A stretch of 64,000 nt of DNA from Candidatus Hadarchaeales archaeon. GTDB lineage: Archaea > Hadarchaeota > Hadarchaeia > Hadarchaeales > Hadarchaeaceae. A model generated the notes under the pieces. The model was given only the letters and a program-made list of their open reading frames with translations, was not told the origin of the DNA and searched no databases. The position numbers and the translations under genes are program-made. Below are positions 63,584 through 64,000 of the stretch, piece after piece (the stretch's first letter is position 1; the number at the start of each line of letters is the position of its first letter). The stretch spans positions 147 to 64,146 of the forward strand of contig JAVZGN010000001.1 of NCBI GenBank assembly GCA_038872135.1, given 5' to 3'.

Positions 63584-64000
63584 ATGAGAGGAGTACTGCT
63601 GGATGTTGAATACGATGAGGTTGATGGAAGACCTGTTATAAAGCTTCTCATCAAAGGGGAGAAAGAGACTTTCACGGCCATCGATGCCTCTCTCTCACAG
63701 TATTTCTATGTGGTCGCTGAGGATCCCCAAAAAGTTTCGAAATTTATCTCAGAGCTGGAAATCTTGGAAAAGGATGAAAAAATCCGTCCAAAAGGGGTGG
63801 AGGTGGTGAGGGTCATGAGGCTTGGAAGGGAACTGGAGGCAATCAAGGTTCTTCTCCTCCATCCAAAACACCTCACCGCACTTCGCCACGCCATCAGGGG
63901 CCTCCCGAAGGTAAAGGAGATCTTTGGTTATGATATCCCTCCGGCCAGACGCTACCTGATAGACACAGGACTTGTGCCGATGGGCGGCGTTGAAGTTGAG
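63584..64000 (+). CDS. polB: family B DNA polymerase, N-terminal part (continues beyond the window)
   Basis: The N-terminus MRGVLLDVEYDEVDGRPVIKLLIKGE...FGYDIPPARRYLIDTGLVPMGG matches the N-terminal domain of archaeal PolB (compare [20 protein letters not shown]). A TATA-like box lies at 63549-63560. Confidence 0.85.
   Translation, partial: MRGVLLDVEYDEVDGRPVIKLLIKGEKETFTAIDASLSQYFYVVAEDPQKVSKFISELEILEKDEKIRPKGVEVVRVMRLGRELEAIKVLLLHPKHLTALRHAIRGLPKVKEIFGYDIPPARRYLIDTGLVPMGGVEVE

Noticed and set aside
1-64000. CRISPR arrays, IS elements, integrases and prophage genes
   Set aside because: I looked for regularly spaced direct repeats and for transposase, integrase or Cas motifs and found none. 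The only direct repeat (23-nt box, two copies) is promoter-associated, and the only long internal repeats are the protein-coding FG-GAP units.

Overview
This is a 64-kb window from an archaeal chromosome with about 50% GC, most consistent with a hydrogen-metabolising euryarchaeon. The evidence is BRE/TATA promoters, tRNA-His with an encoded G-1, an SRP/7S RNA joined to tRNA-Ser, Sec61beta, a family-B DNA polymerase N-terminus, a Mrp/MinD-type HypB, and the UbiD-type enzyme of the archaeal mevalonate pathway. Most of the window is coding and tightly packed, with many ATGA/TAATG start-stop overlaps indicating translational coupling. The main blocks, in order, are:
(1) the 3' part of a membrane-bound [NiFe] hydrogenase operon, Mbh-type subunits H to N (107-5206);
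(2) a five-gene operon for a soluble, HdrB/HdrC-linked group-4-type [NiFe] hydrogenase (6616-10613), followed on the opposite strand by the hydrogenase maturation genes hycI, Mrp-type hypB and hypA;
(3) tRNA-His, then riboflavin, metal-transport and queuosine genes, and the mevalonate kinase plus UbiD-type decarboxylase pair;
(4) an orphan type-IV-pilus-like secretion ATPase, an S2P protease and a SAMP/TtuA tRNA-thiolation pair;
(5) SRP RNA immediately followed by tRNA-Ser, then a nucleotide-sugar and glycosyltransferase cluster (WbpB/D/E-like, UXS-like, two GT4 enzymes);
(6) housekeeping genes (GTP-dependent PEP carboxykinase (pckG), rubrerythrin, Tsr3, HtpX, RpiA, rhomboid), a tRNA on the minus strand, and five tandem CBS-domain genes;
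(7) an XPD-like helicase, ArsR-like and MinD/ParA-like genes, a 1317-aa FG-GAP-repeat surface protein and a radical-SAM gene;
(8) a roughly 200-nt promoter-driven structured RNA candidate directly upstream of the polB start.
I found no CRISPR array and no transposase or integrase. The most unusual element is the HdrBC-coupled soluble group-4 hydrogenase module next to a classical Mbh. Secondary points are a conserved promoter/operator element duplicated in front of two small proteins downstream of a ZIP transporter, a five-gene CBS array, unannotated micro-genes (Sec61beta and a 36-aa zinc ribbon) and the candidate RNA at 63345-63547.
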